This document shows, one piece after another, positions 62,052 to 64,000 of a stretch of 64,000 nucleotides of DNA. This DNA comes from Apus apus (taxonomy: Eukaryota), in NCBI RefSeq assembly GCF_020740795.1, contig NC_067282.1, positions 17,961,172 to 18,025,171 of the forward strand, read 5' to 3'. Below the pieces are notes generated by a model, which was not told the DNA's origin, ran no database searches, and worked only from the letters and a program-made list of their open reading frames with translations. Position numbers and translations under genes: made by a program. Numbering within the stretch: the first letter of the stretch is position 1; each line of letters begins with the position of its first letter.

Positions 62052-63690
62052 CAGTTGTTGTTTTCTCCACTCCTGGCTCCTGTTCCACGTGGGGTTTGGC
62101 TTCCCGCTCTGAAGGGCAGCCTGCCTTCTGCTTCGGTTTCAGTGACGGAAACAGCTTCATCATCAGGTTTGATACAGGAGGACCATTTGAATCACTGTCT
62201 GCTGCAGACTCTTTGGACATTTCATCTCCCCTCTTTGAGGCAACTTTTCTCTTTATTGTTTTATCTGGTAGAGTTGTATCATTCTTACTGGAAAAGTCTG
62301 TCTGTAAAGGTATTTTAGTATATTTTTCAGGTAAATCACTGCTAACGTAATTTTCATCAAGATCGCTCCATGTTCTTTCATCATCAAACTCAAACTTACT
62401 TCTACTTAGACAAGACATGCTTCTCTGATGGTCTGAAGCTTTTCTAGTCTTTTGTTTTGACAGTGCATTGCAATCTTGGTCTGAAAAGCCAAAGTCAGCA
62501 CCTCCATTTTTGCCTTCTTTGGTGATGTCTGGAACAGAACGTCCATAATCAAAAAAATCTGGATCACTTTCTCTATGGCTCATAAAAGATGTCTTAGCAT
62601 CTTCATTTTCATATTTTAACGTGGTCTCAAATTCACTCTCAGAATCTGTAGTAGTATCACCACTGCCCTCATCCTTATCTTCATTTACAATCCACTGACT
62701 ACTTCTTAAAGCAGGAGCTGCTGTTGTGGAAGCTGAAAATATTGCATTGTCCATCTTATTCAATGGATCCTTCATTCTAACAGCTGTTCCAGAATTTGAG
62801 ACTGTATGCGTAACTGCTCTATCATTTTTATTTCCCTGTATCATGCAATCTGCTTTTTTATTTATCTTACTTATAAATTCAACAGCCAGCTCCTTTACTT
62901 GTTGCTGCTTTGCCTTGACAGGGGTAGAAGACATTCTACGGCCTTTTAAAGTTTGCTGATCTTGATCTAAAATCCTTTGCACAAATGAGGAATTACTTGA
63001 GAAAGATATTTCATCTGCAGCTTGTTCTAGAAAAAGAAATTCATCTAATTCTAAATTCTCCTTTTCTTTTTCTTTTTCCCAGTTTTCCAGCTTATTTTGA
63101 AATGAAACGTCAAAAGACAGTTCTGGGTCTTTAACAGGTTGACCTACAGGACATTTAGAATTAGAAAAGGCACTGGCCAGCTCATGAGATAACTGAGGCT
63201 TTTCTGTGCCAGATAATTTGTTTCCAATTTTACCGGTGTTAGACTTAGCAAATTCTACTACATTCTCTTTATTTTCTATTTTGTTGTTAATTTCTGATGG
63301 AAAGGAATCCCTCATCTGTCCATCATGATTTTTTCCTGGTTGCATTCTTGTTTCTAATGGCAAGATATTTTTTCTGTTGTGATTCCTGAGTGCTGGAGTC
63401 TTCTGAATAGGACAATGTTTTGCTTTATCAGAGTGGTTATATTTCTGACATGGTGCAAAACGGTTCTCGGGAACCAGTTCTTTGCCAGGAGGCATAATTT
63501 TCTTCTGTATTTGTGATCTGTCCACTTTGATAATATTTCTGTCATCTGAAGCCCTCTGTTGAAGCTTTGGGGTGTTTTCTCCAGGTTTTGTCATTTTAGA
63601 TTTGGCATTAGTGAATCTTCTTAAGCCTTCTCCTCTTTTCAGGAAGGGTCGTTTGATCACTGGTTTTTGAATGGCTGATCCATTTGTTTC
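62052..63690 (-). CDS. CENPJ: CENPJ large central exon (1639 nt); upstream 5' exons lie beyond the window end
   Basis: Minus strand ORF 62038-63762 (574 aa, hydrophilic S/K/E-rich, typical CPAP middle region). Acceptor ttacttttccttttcag|gaaac at 63690, donor acaactg|gtagga at 62052. ETNGSAIQKPVIKRPFLKRG...HVEQEPGVEKTTT. Confidence 0.8.
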
Positions 63691-64000
63691 CTGAAAAGGA
63701 AAAGTAAAAATGCAAATGCCCCTTACACAGCTTGAAGATTTCTTCAAATAAACCCCAGACACAAGTAGAAATTTATATGGTATATTTCTACTGAATTTCT
63801 AAAGACATCTTAGACAAGTTAAATTTAGGGGACTTAATGTTTTATTTTTAAGAATGTGAATCTTGCATTCAGTGTTAGCTTTTGATGCTAGAATCTTGTA
63901 CATTTTTAAAGCACCTATATCATCTTGGCACAATATATAAAGAATAATAAAGTTAAAAAAAAAATAATAACCTGTAACTTCTGATTTTGCTCCAGACGTT

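Noticed and set aside
62055-62959. Plus-strand ORFs (77-87 aa) opposite the large CENPJ exon
   Set aside because: They are antisense to a long, well-supported minus-strand coding exon; such shadow ORFs are expected.

Overview
This window is vertebrate nuclear DNA of avian type (long introns, GT-AG splicing, many CR1 LINE 3' fragments; probably chicken-like). It is not a prokaryotic locus, and no operons, CRISPR arrays, tRNA or rRNA genes are visible. Two convergent protein-coding genes fill the window.

(1) + strand: a complete orthologue of RNF17/TDRD4, the multi-Tudor piRNA-pathway protein. A CpG-island promoter lies at ~5.6-6.0 kb. I reconstructed 35 coding exons from the ATG at 6471 to the TGA at 52562-52564. 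All splice phases are mutually consistent; the exons sum to 4776 nt, giving 1591 aa. Five Tudor domains are recognisable by their W-Y-R-[AG]-x-[IV] ... V-x-[FY]-[IV]-D-[YFH]-G cores.

(2) - strand: the 3' half of CENPJ/CPAP. It comprises a large ~1.6 kb exon, coiled-coil exons and four G-box (TCP10-C) exons ending at the TAG at 54556-54558. The 5' part of the gene lies beyond the window end.

At least 14 CR1 fragments, in both orientations, sit in introns. I see no evidence for a novel 'system'. The points most worth a second look are listed below.
- The N-terminal RNF17 exons do not encode a recognisable C3HC4 RING in my model.
- A CpG-rich island lies deep inside an RNF17 intron.
- One exon has two in-frame acceptors 48 nt apart.
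- The 3' ends of the two genes are tail-to-tail.
- An exon-phase gap in my CENPJ model implies at least one missed exon.

Gene identities rest on domain and motif recognition and on remembered mammalian orthologue sequences, not on any database search. Coordinates of exons J to AH and of the CENPJ C-terminal exons are high confidence; the first five RNF17 exons are less certain.
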